In this document: piece by piece, positions 1 through 8,847 of the stretch
How the letters are laid out: every line of letters begins with the position of its first letter
Position numbering within the stretch: the first letter of the stretch is position 1
DNA from: Methanolobus vulcani
GTDB taxonomy: Archaea > Halobacteriota > Methanosarcinia > Methanosarcinales > Methanosarcinaceae
Assembly (NCBI RefSeq): GCF_900100715.1
Contig: NZ_FNCA01000006.1
Location: 152,058 to 192,057, forward strand
Reading direction: 5' to 3'
DNA: 40,000 nt
Made by a program: the position numbers and the translations under genes
The notes under the pieces: model-generated
What the model saw: only the letters and a program-made list of their open reading frames with translations
What the model was told of the DNA's origin: nothing
The model's database searches: none

Positions 1-786
1 CTCAGAATCAGTTCCGAAATCAGAAGAAATGTTGATCCATTCTTCTTGGTTGGCTTTCAGGTACTCGGTTGACCTGGCATGGGCTGTCACGAGTCTCTGT
101 ATACCTTCTCTGTTATTCTCGATCTCATCCCTTGTTGTAAGCATGCCTGCATTGATTGTGCCAACTCCTTCCCCATAATACGGATAGCTGAGCACGCGTC
201 CGTAACCATCTGCTATGGCAAGGGAGGGATAAGGTTCACCGCTGCAGAAAGCATCAACGGTGCCCTGCCAAAGCGCCTGTCCCATATCGAAGAAGTCTAT
301 CCTCTGTAGTGTTACCTCCTTTTCAGGATCAAGGCCTGCCTGTTTCAGTGTTTCCAGAAGCAGAACATGATGCATGGTTCCGGGTACATAGGCTATTGTC
401 TTGCCTTTCAGGTCTGATGCTGTCATGATATCCGAGTCATTCCTGACAACGATTGCTGAACATTTATTGCACAGGCTGCTCACAACAACAACAGGCTCGC
501 CTCTTGAGGCAGCGGTTATCGCAAGGGCGATTGTTGTACCTGTCATATCAAGATCGCCAGCAAGCAGAGCAGCTTTCTGATCGCCAGGATTGGTGAAGGG
601 GAGTACATCTATAATGTAATCTTCTTCAACGAAGTCCTGGTAGAGGAAGGGCTGTATGGTCTGTGCTGTTTTCCAGGTACCTACAGTTGCAACTTTGCTG
701 TCCTGATTGGCACTGCCGGTGCATCCCGACATGGACAGAGCAATAAGGACAATGATTATCACCAGAAACGGGAGAAATTTTTTCAT
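1..786 (-). CDS. Substrate-binding lipoprotein of the NitT/TauT (NMT1/SsuA/TauA-like) ABC-transporter family; the C-terminus lies beyond the window start
   Basis: Absent from the ORF track because there is no stop inside the window. My translation from the ATG at 786-784 is open for all 262 codons. It starts MKKFLPFLVIIIVLIALSMSGC (signal peptide plus lipobox Cys) and continues ...GKTIAYVPGTMHHVLLLETLKQAGLDPEKEVTLQRIDFFDMGQALWQGTVDAF... The ATG abuts the stop (787-789) of the upstream gene. Confidence 0.65.
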   Translation of the reverse strand, partial: MKKFLPFLVIIIVLIALSMSGCTGSANQDSKVATVGTWKTAQTIQPFLYQDFVEEDYIIDVLPFTNPGDQKAALLAGDLDMTGTTIALAITAASRGEPVVVVSSLCNKCSAIVVRNDSDIMTASDLKGKTIAYVPGTMHHVLLLETLKQAGLDPEKEVTLQRIDFFDMGQALWQGTVDAFCSGEPYPSLAIADGYGRVLSYPYYGEGVGTINAGMLTTRDEIENNREGIQRLVTAHARSTEYLKANQEEWINISSDFGTDSE

Positions 787-1830
787 TTAATCCACATCTC
801 CAGAATAGAAGACATAGCCTGCGTTCTCAAAGTAGTCCCTTGCAGTGACCATATCAAAACCATGCCATTCACAATCGCAGTTCCCGGTATCCCGAGGAAC
901 AGCGCCTGTTTCAACAACCACCACATTGGCCCCCCATTCCATTGCAATGCGGGAAGGGGGATGTACGCAGATGTCAGGTGTATGATGACCGGCTGCCAGC
1001 CGTGTGACAGCTACTATCTGTGCATGTCTTCTCTCGGATAACTGGTCACTGCCGGCAAAAGGAGTGCCTGGAAGTGGTACTCTTGCCATTGCTCCTGAAA
1101 GGATGGCACCATACTCCATACCTTTCAGGAAGATATCAGCAATCTCCTCATTGCTGTGTTCGATACCTACGGGTTCCACAAGATAAGCAAGGTTGAGCGG
1201 TGAATCTCTGACGGACCTAAGGGTGTCAATTCTGTCCTCGGGTCTGAACCTTGTATCCTTACCTTCACGCAGGCGGAGAGTGTGATAAACCACCTGTGCT
1301 CCGGCCTCTGCAAGTTTTCTTGCTTTTTCTTCATCGAACTCTCCGGTGTTCACAACTATTTCATAATTGCCGGTAACCGCCAGGCGGATGTCTTTTATGA
1401 GTTGAATGAGCCTGTCGAAGCCATAGAACTGGGTCGTGCGTAAGGTGACCCACCTTGCACCCTGGGATACGAACCTGTCTGTCAGTTCGATGATTTCTTC
1501 AGCGCTTCTTTCACTTTCCTGTGCTATAAGCCCCCATTTCTGGCCGAACGAACAGAAATCGCAATTCATGGCACATTTTTTGTAGTCCACTCCAATGGAT
1601 GCCCAGACGCTTGCCCGGTTTCCGGTGACCTCTTCAGCAACTTCCCTTGCGGCCATCCCGAGCATATCAGCATCAATGGAATCCGGGTCGATCTCAAGCA
1701 AGGCTATGATACTCTCCCTATCAAGTTTTTCACCATTCAGTGCCTTTTCCTTTGCAGTAAGAATAAGATTTGTATATGAGAATTCACTCATTAATCCCTC
1801 TTCTCTGCCATCAACGGATACATCACTCAT
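787..1830 (-). CDS. Radical SAM protein (TIM-barrel class, BioB/CofH/MqnE-like; exact family not recognised)
   Basis: The ORF track gives 787..1893. It has the CxxxCxxC motif CAMNCDFC. I prefer the ATG at 1830 (MSDVSV...), 2 nt after the stop of the upstream ligase gene. The track start at 1893 would overlap that gene by 61 nt. Confidence 0.75.
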   Translation of the reverse strand: MSDVSVDGREEGLMSEFSYTNLILTAKEKALNGEKLDRESIIALLEIDPDSIDADMLGMAAREVAEEVTGNRASVWASIGVDYKKCAMNCDFCSFGQKWGLIAQESERSAEEIIELTDRFVSQGARWVTLRTTQFYGFDRLIQLIKDIRLAVTGNYEIVVNTGEFDEEKARKLAEAGAQVVYHTLRLREGKDTRFRPEDRIDTLRSVRDSPLNLAYLVEPVGIEHSNEEIADIFLKGMEYGAILSGAMARVPLPGTPFAGSDQLSERRHAQIVAVTRLAAGHHTPDICVHPPSRIAMEWGANVVVVETGAVPRDTGNCDCEWHGFDMVTARDYFENAGYVFYSGDVD

Positions 1831-1832
1831 GC

Positions 1833-2969
1833 TTATTTCGCCATCCTTTCTATATCGCTGATCCTCTGGTCCAGACAGGCACCACACATACATGGTTCAT
1901 CGATAATTGAAGTGATATCTCGAGTCCTGTATCGGATAAGTGGCATGCACTTTCTTCTCAGAGTGGTGACCACAAGCTCACCTTTCTCACCTGCCGGCAG
2001 AACCTTCCCTGTCTTCGGATCGATGACCTCAACAAGGAAATCCGGATTGTTCAGGTGAAAGCCATTCTGATGTTCACACTCGATAGCATTTGCCAGACCA
2101 AGTTCTGTCATTCCCCACTGGCGCAGGGTTTTACAACCCCACACGCTCTCGATCACTTCCCGCATGGCCTCAGTCAGTGGTTCTGACGAACAGATGATTT
2201 TCTTAATTCCTAGTTCTCCCGGGCTAATAAGGCTGTGTGCCTGTAATGAAAGCTTATAGAGGAAAGATGATGTTCCGATTATGAAGGTTGTACCGGATTC
2301 TTTCATAGTCCTAATTTGCTCTCTGGCATCTAGTGAATCCTCAATAACGGAATTAAAACCTCCAAGAGTACATGCCTTACTCAGCACGAGTCCCGGGTCC
2401 CATGTTGCTGTGATGGTGGGATACATTATCTGCAAAATATCATCCTTTGAATCCATACCTGCCATCTTCAGACCGGATATGACAGAATCAACAATTTCCA
2501 GTAACTCATCCTGGGTATACGCCATCCTTTTCAGCATATTTGTCGTACCGGAGCTTGTAAATTCACGGATTATGTCTTTTCTTGGGACACAAAGGAAGTG
2601 ATAGGGTTTATTTGCAAGTTCCTCCTGCTCCGTAAGCGGCAGTCTTTCCAGATCTTCATAACTTCTAAACGCTGAAACATCGATGCCTGCATTTGCATAA
2701 AGATCCTGGTAATAGGGACTATTCTCCAGCACGTAGCCAAGAACCTCCCTGAACTTGATAAGCTTGTACTCTTTGATGGCTTCCCTATCAAGTTCAACGC
2801 CGCTGAAGTGATTGCTCAGTACCTTGTTATTTTTGATGTCATTCCTTATTTTTGTGAGACCCCACTGCTCAAGCGGGTTTCCGTGCTGAGCCTTTATTTT
2901 TCTGGAATCAAGCTTCCTTTTAGCCACGTTCATGCGAACAGATGTCTTAATCTTTGCCTGAATACTCAT
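1833..2969 (-). CDS. Adenylate-forming ligase, phenylacetate-CoA ligase / coenzyme F390 synthetase-like (PaaK family)
   Basis: The track ORF 1833..2987 starts at a TTG. The ATG at 2969 (MSIQAK...) has AGGAGG 6 nt upstream. It carries the adenylation motif TSSGTTNMLK and is ~380 aa, a size typical of the family. Confidence 0.75.
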   Translation of the reverse strand: MSIQAKIKTSVRMNVAKRKLDSRKIKAQHGNPLEQWGLTKIRNDIKNNKVLSNHFSGVELDREAIKEYKLIKFREVLGYVLENSPYYQDLYANAGIDVSAFRSYEDLERLPLTEQEELANKPYHFLCVPRKDIIREFTSSGTTNMLKRMAYTQDELLEIVDSVISGLKMAGMDSKDDILQIMYPTITATWDPGLVLSKACTLGGFNSVIEDSLDAREQIRTMKESGTTFIIGTSSFLYKLSLQAHSLISPGELGIKKIICSSEPLTEAMREVIESVWGCKTLRQWGMTELGLANAIECEHQNGFHLNNPDFLVEVIDPKTGKVLPAGEKGELVVTTLRRKCMPLIRYRTRDITSIIDEPCMCGACLDQRISDIERMAK

Positions 2970-3058
2970 CTTCTTCCTCCTGTACAATTTCAGACCATGC
3001 GGTCATTTGCCCGAACTAAAATAACTGGATAAAATGAAAATTTGAAAATAGAATTTAA

Positions 3059-4516
3059 TTATGTTGCATTCCTGTAAAGAGAATTCCCGTTGCAGTCAGT
3101 CATATTGTAATTACAGAACGGAATAAAACGTCCGTCACGTGTGACAACATGTATGCAACAATTCTCCACACGGTCCTGTTCATATGACCAGGCGTCCTGG
3201 AATGCCATTGTTGAAATGGTAAGATAATTGTTCTTGCTCATTTCGATGAAATCAGCCCAGCCTCCACTCTTATCCTTACCTGATCCAGAGTTCTTCGGAA
3301 GGATATCGATTAGCGGCTTCTCGCAGCATGAACCCTTCACGGTTAGGCTGCTGAGAGGTTTTTCACAGCAAGAGCTCTTTATCAGCAGGTCACCACAGGA
3401 TGATCCTGAATTTGAATCCTTTTCAAGACCCTTCCACCTGCCCATAATAGACTTCTTGGTCTTGCTTGCCACATCCGATGCCGATTTAACAGCACCCAAG
3501 GATACGTTTGTAAGTGGCAGATATCCACCGTTGTCTATCAATGTGAGACATGTGGCACCGCAATGTGCATGCGGCATAAGAGCCGGTGTAAAATTGCTGA
3601 CCTTGAGCTGTCTGTTGGTCTGCTTTTCTATCTCCTGCAAAAGTTCCAGTATGGTGACTTTATCCTTCATATCGGAAGGTGATCTTCCTGAGTGGAAAAC
3701 TGGCTGGAAATGCACACCTCTAACAGCCGGAACCCTTTTTGCAGCAAAATCTATGATACTGCCAACCTCGTGCAGATTGTAACCCTTTGCAACCAGAGGC
3801 ACTAACACAACACCGATACCGGCTTTCTCACACCGGTTTATAACCTCGGTCTTTACGTCGAGCATCTTCCTTCCTGTTCTCTGCATGTATACATCATCCG
3901 ACACACCATCAAATCCCAGATAGATGGCATCCACTCCTGCGGCTGCAATTCTATCAAAATAATTCTGGTCGCTGGCTATTCTGATACCGTTGGTGTTCAG
4001 TTCGATGTGGTTTATACCAATCTCCTTACCCATTCTGATTATTTCCGGAAGGTCGTTCCTTATGGTAGGTTCACCTCCGGATATCTGTATACATGTGGGT
4101 TCGTTCTGGCATTTCTTAACCGTCTCGAACATCAGCCTGATGGTATCCATATCAGGATCAAGACTTTCGTCCATTGATGAATTGGCAAAACAATATGTAC
4201 ACTTCATATTGCACCTGTCAGTAACCTCAACAACTGCCAGGCACGTATCCTGTTTATGAGAGGGACACAGGCCACAATCAAAAGGACAGCCACGCTGTGT
4301 TTCTGTCAGAGGTGACCTGGCTTTTGCCCTATCCACATCAAAACATTCCTCCATCTGAAGATAATGGTTCACATCTTCAGAGACAAGGTTAATGAAATTG
4401 CCATGGTCGGCACAGTTCTTCATTATGTAGACTTTGCCGTCCTCTACATATTTGACGCCTTCAATTTTGGCAAGGCACTGCGGACACAAACTCCGGACCG
4501 TTCCTATTTGTTCCAT
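3059..4516 (-). CDS. Radical SAM protein with N-terminal zinc ribbon, COG1964 / MJ0619 (tetraether-synthase family)-like architecture
   Basis: Motifs present: CPQC...C.DHG zinc ribbon, GCPFDCGLCPSHKQDTC, radical SAM CNMKCTYC, and C-terminal ENCCIHVVTRDGRFIPFCNYN. I remember this combination for COG1964 radical SAM proteins. A GGAGAGGG RBS-like sequence lies upstream of the ATG at 4516. Confidence 0.7.
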   Translation of the reverse strand: MEQIGTVRSLCPQCLAKIEGVKYVEDGKVYIMKNCADHGNFINLVSEDVNHYLQMEECFDVDRAKARSPLTETQRGCPFDCGLCPSHKQDTCLAVVEVTDRCNMKCTYCFANSSMDESLDPDMDTIRLMFETVKKCQNEPTCIQISGGEPTIRNDLPEIIRMGKEIGINHIELNTNGIRIASDQNYFDRIAAAGVDAIYLGFDGVSDDVYMQRTGRKMLDVKTEVINRCEKAGIGVVLVPLVAKGYNLHEVGSIIDFAAKRVPAVRGVHFQPVFHSGRSPSDMKDKVTILELLQEIEKQTNRQLKVSNFTPALMPHAHCGATCLTLIDNGGYLPLTNVSLGAVKSASDVASKTKKSIMGRWKGLEKDSNSGSSCGDLLIKSSCCEKPLSSLTVKGSCCEKPLIDILPKNSGSGKDKSGGWADFIEMSKNNYLTISTMAFQDAWSYEQDRVENCCIHVVTRDGRFIPFCNYNMTDCNGNSLYRNAT

Positions 4517-4568
4517 GATATCCCTCTCCAGGTGGTATATTTTAGATCTCAGGGATTCTGAGATTTGC

Positions 4569-5027
4569 TTAAGCTCTCTTCTCTTCCAGAATTGCTTCTG
4601 CTGTCTTCAGGGTCCTTGCAACACCATCAGAAACATAGAATTCATTGCATTTGGGACATACAAGCCCTGGTCCGGGTCTTGTAACACCCATATATGTCAT
4701 ATCCACGTTCCTTTCAAGTGCTATCTCACCGCATTTTGCACATGCCCATTCACTTGCATCATCATAGTCGATCTCGTTGAGTTCGCCTCCTGTGAGACCA
4801 AGAATGTTCATCTTGTGAGCATACACGTCTAAAAGCTCGGAAGGTGAATATACGGCATAGACGGTCAGGTTGTCTGATCCTCCCTTTGCAATGGATATAT
4901 CTCCCTCTCTGGCTTTGAGCTTCTGACCACTGGATTCTGCGTTGGCTATCAGTTCCTTGATCTCTTCCGTTTTGAAGCCGTTGTCCTTCAGTGTGTTGTT
5001 AAGTTCTTCAGTTATTTTGATATCCAT
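4569..5027 (-). CDS. Zinc-ribbon protein of unknown function (153 aa)
   Basis: The track ORF is 4569..5087. The ATG at 5027 (MDIKITEEL) is preceded by AAGGAG. Two CxxC pairs are present (CAKCG ... CPKCN). No family recognised. Confidence 0.5.
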   Translation of the reverse strand: MDIKITEELNNTLKDNGFKTEEIKELIANAESSGQKLKAREGDISIAKGGSDNLTVYAVYSPSELLDVYAHKMNILGLTGGELNEIDYDDASEWACAKCGEIALERNVDMTYMGVTRPGPGLVCPKCNEFYVSDGVARTLKTAEAILEEKRA

Positions 5028-5073
5028 GTGAAACACTCCTTGAATTTTATTTATGTTGTTGTCTCTCCTTTCC

Positions 5074-6186
5074 TTAGAACTTCTCATACTTTCCGTGGTC
5101 TTTTGCAGCCTTTACAAGTGCGTGGACATTCACAGGTGGTGCGTTTGTCGGACATTCACAGGCAGTTCCCAGGATGAATCCTCTCGGACTGTCCTTTCCG
5201 GCAATAACCTGCTCTTTTGCCTGTTCATAGACCTGTGCAGGTGTTCCACGGTCTACAAGTTTTGTGTCAACGGTACCGAAACAGGTACATCTGTCACCGA
5301 AGTGTTCCACAAGCTTGGATGTCGGGAAGATGTTCTGCCCGTCGTATCCTATCTGTACAATGGTGAAAGGACTCATTGGAGCGTTCTTCCACATCTGGAA
5401 GTCATCAGTATGGTTTCCACAAAGGTGGTAATAGATACCTGGTCCAGCTCCTGCATTCAGAACCTTTCTGACAGCACGGGAAACAGGCTGGAAACTGAAC
5501 CTCTTGATCTGTTCAGTGTCCATGAGATCACCGCTGGCGATAACTGAACCGGTAATCATTACGTTTGCACCGTATCTCTCAGCAGTTGCTTTACATGCAC
5601 TCACCATGTGGTCTCCTGCTTTCTGACAGAGTTTGTCGACGACCTCTGGTTCTGTTATCATCCACATGAATACATCTTCAATAGCAGCCCAGTTGGTTGC
5701 AACTTCCATTGTACCTCCCAGCTGAGTGATAGGTGCGAACATGTTGGGGAATTCCTCTTTACATGTGTCCAGTGCCTTGTAGTGTGTTGTAAGGGTTGGG
5801 CCTTTAGCAAGTTCATCACTGTCCAGTACTTCGAAGTTGTCAACATCCTCAGCGGTCTTTATCGGACGCTTGGTAATACCTGGCGGGGAATTTGTCTGTA
5901 TCTTTATCTCTGCTCCATAATCCTGTCCCCAATAATCGGCATACAGGTAGTGTCCTACCGGAGTGACGTCATAGAGTTCACAGGCATGGCACACCATCCT
6001 TATCGCTTCATCTGGGTTCTGGTAAAAATATCCTGCATTTTTCCTAAACAGACTTGCAGCATGGGACAAAATAATAGGGTCAACAATAACTCTTTCAGAT
6101 GGCTTGTCAACCCAAGGTGTTGTCCATAAACTTCCTGCATTTTCTAGCCAATTTTCATCTATTGGTGCATAGTCTTTTGCTGGCAT
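5074..6186 (-). CDS. Uroporphyrinogen-decarboxylase-fold methyltransferase, MtaA/CmuA (methylcobamide:CoM methyltransferase) family
   Basis: 370 aa. It shows an H-x-C zinc-ligand pattern (YHLCGNH) and a later Cys (GTACECP), as in MtaA/MtbA-type enzymes. It is the first gene of the minus-strand operon. Confidence 0.8.
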   Translation of the reverse strand: MPAKDYAPIDENWLENAGSLWTTPWVDKPSERVIVDPIILSHAASLFRKNAGYFYQNPDEAIRMVCHACELYDVTPVGHYLYADYWGQDYGAEIKIQTNSPPGITKRPIKTAEDVDNFEVLDSDELAKGPTLTTHYKALDTCKEEFPNMFAPITQLGGTMEVATNWAAIEDVFMWMITEPEVVDKLCQKAGDHMVSACKATAERYGANVMITGSVIASGDLMDTEQIKRFSFQPVSRAVRKVLNAGAGPGIYYHLCGNHTDDFQMWKNAPMSPFTIVQIGYDGQNIFPTSKLVEHFGDRCTCFGTVDTKLVDRGTPAQVYEQAKEQVIAGKDSPRGFILGTACECPTNAPPVNVHALVKAAKDHGKYEKF

Positions 6187-6620
6187 GATTTGATCACCTA
6201 TGTTCTTATTTTATCTAGCAGAAATGGAGTAAGTTATATTCTCCAGTTCTTGCTATCTATGTGGTAAGTAATTGTTTCAGGCCGGGATGACTGATTTCAG
6301 TCGTAATTCCCGACCATAAACAAATAGCAGTCTGGAAATATTTATAATAACTCAAGGTAATTAATCAACACCAATATTATTATCAATGCAGCATCAAATG
6401 TTCAAAGAATGGTTATAACAGAAGATGTAATCCTGAATGATACCATGCAGGAAAACTGTAATGAAGAAAAAAAGAAGGCCTTTGATAATATCAAGACCAT
6501 GAATTAAATCATCTGCCAGGAAGAGTTGAATTTATCAGAAAATAGATAATAAAAAGACTTTTCCGTATTATTGGAATTATTAAGAATACGGGATCATAAA
6601 AAAGTTATGCTTCTTCGATA

Positions 6621-7403
6621 TTATTTTACTTTTTCCGATTTTTCCCTGTAATATTGGAAGAGATCTACTCCCCATCTGCGTGCGCTTTCTTCAAAACTGA
6701 GAACTTTTTTATGGTCAAAGATCCCATCCTTATTGAAAAAAGCGATGAGCATAATATCATCTGTAACGGAAAGTGCTCCCAGTTTCAGAGAATTGTCATC
6801 GCAAATATACATGTGAGAGTTCTTTGAGTTCATCATTGCATCATGCTGTTCTTTATATTCATCTCTAAGTCTTTCATAAACAGGCCTGGTGAGAATAAGA
6901 TTGTAGTTCACTTCTTTTTTTGCCAGTTCTGCATAATTGTCGGGACAGGTCGGACAGAAATATGAATAAAATGTACAGACATTCTCTGTCTGCTTGAGAC
7001 TTGTGAGCAATGCTTTTGGTGGCTCAAAAAGATGATTAAGGTCCGGCTCGTGTATCATTACTTCTCCGAGGTCCCCTATTCTGTCAAGTAGGAATTCTGG
7101 TATGGCGCTCATATTTCTGCTGTCCCAGTAATCCTTATTATCCTCCAGCACATTCAGGGTTTCTATAAGAGGTTTTATTTTTTTCATTACTATTTTTCCA
7201 ATAGAGGTCAACCTGTATTTATCCTCATTTTGCTCAATAAGCCCCTGTTCATAAAGGATCTTTACCTGAGCCATGATCGCACTGGTTGTTCCTGTAAGAG
7301 AATCTTTTATCTCATCGACGGTAGCTGGTTTGTCCATTAACATCAGGAGGGTTTTTTTTCTCTTTTCGGATAGGAACACAGTACTTATCAATTCGGCTTT
7401 CAT
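6621..7403 (-). CDS. Msr-type transcriptional regulator (ArsR-like wHTH + DUF1724-like C-terminal domain)
   Basis: N-terminal wHTH (FLSEKRKKTLLMLMDKPATVDEIKDSL...LYEQGLIE) followed by a ~190-aa C-terminal domain. This layout matches the Methanosarcina MsrA-G regulators. The ATG at 7403 (MKAELIST...) is preferred; the track start at 7481 remains possible. Confidence 0.7.
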   Translation of the reverse strand: MKAELISTVFLSEKRKKTLLMLMDKPATVDEIKDSLTGTTSAIMAQVKILYEQGLIEQNEDKYRLTSIGKIVMKKIKPLIETLNVLEDNKDYWDSRNMSAIPEFLLDRIGDLGEVMIHEPDLNHLFEPPKALLTSLKQTENVCTFYSYFCPTCPDNYAELAKKEVNYNLILTRPVYERLRDEYKEQHDAMMNSKNSHMYICDDNSLKLGALSVTDDIMLIAFFNKDGIFDHKKVLSFEESARRWGVDLFQYYREKSEKVK

Positions 7404-7866
7404 TGTAATTTCCCTTTTATTGTTTTGCTCTGCTAGTATAAAATTTTGGTCCATATTTGGTCTTGTGGTGGACGTTTTCATTATCTTATCTTTTACACTC
7501 TGCTAGTAAATTATTATATAATGTTAACGGCGTTAACATTGCATTGCTAAGTACCACTATCAAGATAAGAATCTTTAATCTATTTTAAATGGAATATTTG
7601 GTTGCTTATAAGGCTTATTATATGAAAAATAACACATATTGAACTTCTTAATCAGGTATTCTACTTTTGTCATAAATGAATAATTCATTTTAAAAATCTA
7701 AATGGTATACAGATAGTTATAAATAGCATTATGTTTCGACACATTTAACATTTAATTTAAAAGAATGGGTTCCTTTAGTGATGTTTCCAGCAAGAATACA
7801 AAGAGAAAGATAATGTTTGTTTAATTTTGGAGATCTGGAACTCCAACTTATTTTTGATTTAATGGG

Positions 7867-7903
<37 letters not shown>

Positions 7904-8107
7904 AGAGATAAATCAGGTTCATATTCTACTTTCCTTTATAGATTCGTTGATATTTATAAAATATTGATAATATGTCATAGGAACAATCTTTTATATTTAA
8001 AGATTTCATATGGAAAAGTCAGTCAAAAATCTGGCACGATTACATAATATTAAGATGAGAATCATCTGATATATTCCTGAAATTCTAAATGAAAGAGAGG
8101 ATTAATT

Positions 8108-8332
8108 TTGTTCCCAAGTAAGAAAGTCCAGAAATTAGTTGGATCCAAGGTCCAGGTAGAGATGAAAGGTGACCTTCACCTTCTCGAAGGAACTCTGAAA
8201 AGTGCAGACGATTATATGAATCTCCATATGGTCGACACTATAGAGGTTGCAAACGGTGAGCGTCTGCGTTCCCTTGGTTCAGTCGTATTGCGTGGAAACA
8301 ATATCATTCTTGTTGTTCCAATGGAAGAATAA
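8108..8332 (+). CDS. Archaeal Sm-like (LSm) protein
   Basis: 74 aa. Sm1/Sm2-like pattern: VQVEMKGDLHLLEGTLKSADDYMNLHMVD...RSLGSVVLRGNNIILV. It has a TTG start with AGAGAGGA 6 nt upstream, and an in-frame TGA at 8090 limits any extension. Confidence 0.85.
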   Translation: MFPSKKVQKLVGSKVQVEMKGDLHLLEGTLKSADDYMNLHMVDTIEVANGERLRSLGSVVLRGNNIILVVPMEE

Positions 8333-8351
8333 ATTCTCAGTGGAAACTAGC

Positions 8352-8702
8352 ATGAGTATCGAAGAGACTGCGTACAATCTAATTCGTGACAGCAAGGAAG
8401 GTATTTTCCAGAATGAGCTCTGGAAGATGCTGGAAATTGATAGCCGTAAATGTTCCAGAGTTGTTTCTAAGCTTCTCGATGAGGATCTTATCACCCGTGA
8501 GCAGGCTGTCTCGAATGGAGCCAGGACTTACCTTCTGAAAGTTAAGGAAGAGGAGAAGCCCTGCTTCGATCTCCTGTTATCAGGAGAAATGTTCTCACCT
8601 TGTGCAGGATGCAGGGATGCATGCCAGCCTGAGATATGTGGAAAGCTTACTGCATGGGTCGAAAACCTCAATGATAACGAGGAAACAGGTGAAATGTGCT
8701 GA
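8352..8702 (+). CDS. Winged-helix DNA-binding protein with C-terminal Cys cluster
   Basis: The track ORF 8247..8702 overlaps the Sm gene. The ATG at 8352 (MSIEETAYNLIRDSKEGIFQNELWKMLEIDSRKCSRVVSKLLDEDLI) gives a typical wHTH. The C-terminus carries CAGCRDACQPEIC. Confidence 0.6.
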   Translation: MSIEETAYNLIRDSKEGIFQNELWKMLEIDSRKCSRVVSKLLDEDLITREQAVSNGARTYLLKVKEEEKPCFDLLLSGEMFSPCAGCRDACQPEICGKLTAWVENLNDNEETGEMC

Positions 8703-8710
8703 CCTCGGCG

Positions 8711-8723
8711 AAAGGTTTATATA
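8711..8723 (+). promoter_or_regulatory. Candidate archaeal BRE/TATA promoter for tRNA-Glu
   Basis: AAAGGTTTATATA lies ~47-59 nt upstream of tRNA position 1. That would give a short 5' leader. Confidence 0.45.
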
Positions 8724-8769
8724 GAATATCTGCTATGTTGGAGTCGCTTCACTAAAGCGAAATCAACGT

Positions 8770-8847
8770 GCTCCGGTAGTGTAGTCCGGCCAATCATTCC
8801 GGCCTTTCGAGCCGAAGACTCGGGTTCGAATCCCGGCCGGAGCACCA
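8770..8847 (+). tRNA. tRNA-Glu (anticodon UUC), CCA encoded
   Basis: Hand-folded cloverleaf. The acceptor GCTCCGG pairs with CCGGAGC. The T-arm is TCGGG-TTCGAAT-CCCGG. The anticodon arm is CCGGC-CTTTCGA-GCCGA, with TTC at positions 34-36. The 27:43 pair is a C-A mismatch. The 3' end is ACCA. Confidence 0.9.

Noticed and set aside
787-1893. The BioB-like radical SAM as PylB (methylornithine synthase), given the Pyl-decoding host lineage.
   Set aside because: The cluster context lacks pylC/pylD/pylS. The sequence around the radical SAM motif (CAMNCDFCSFG) does not resemble what I recall of PylB. No support beyond the general fold class.
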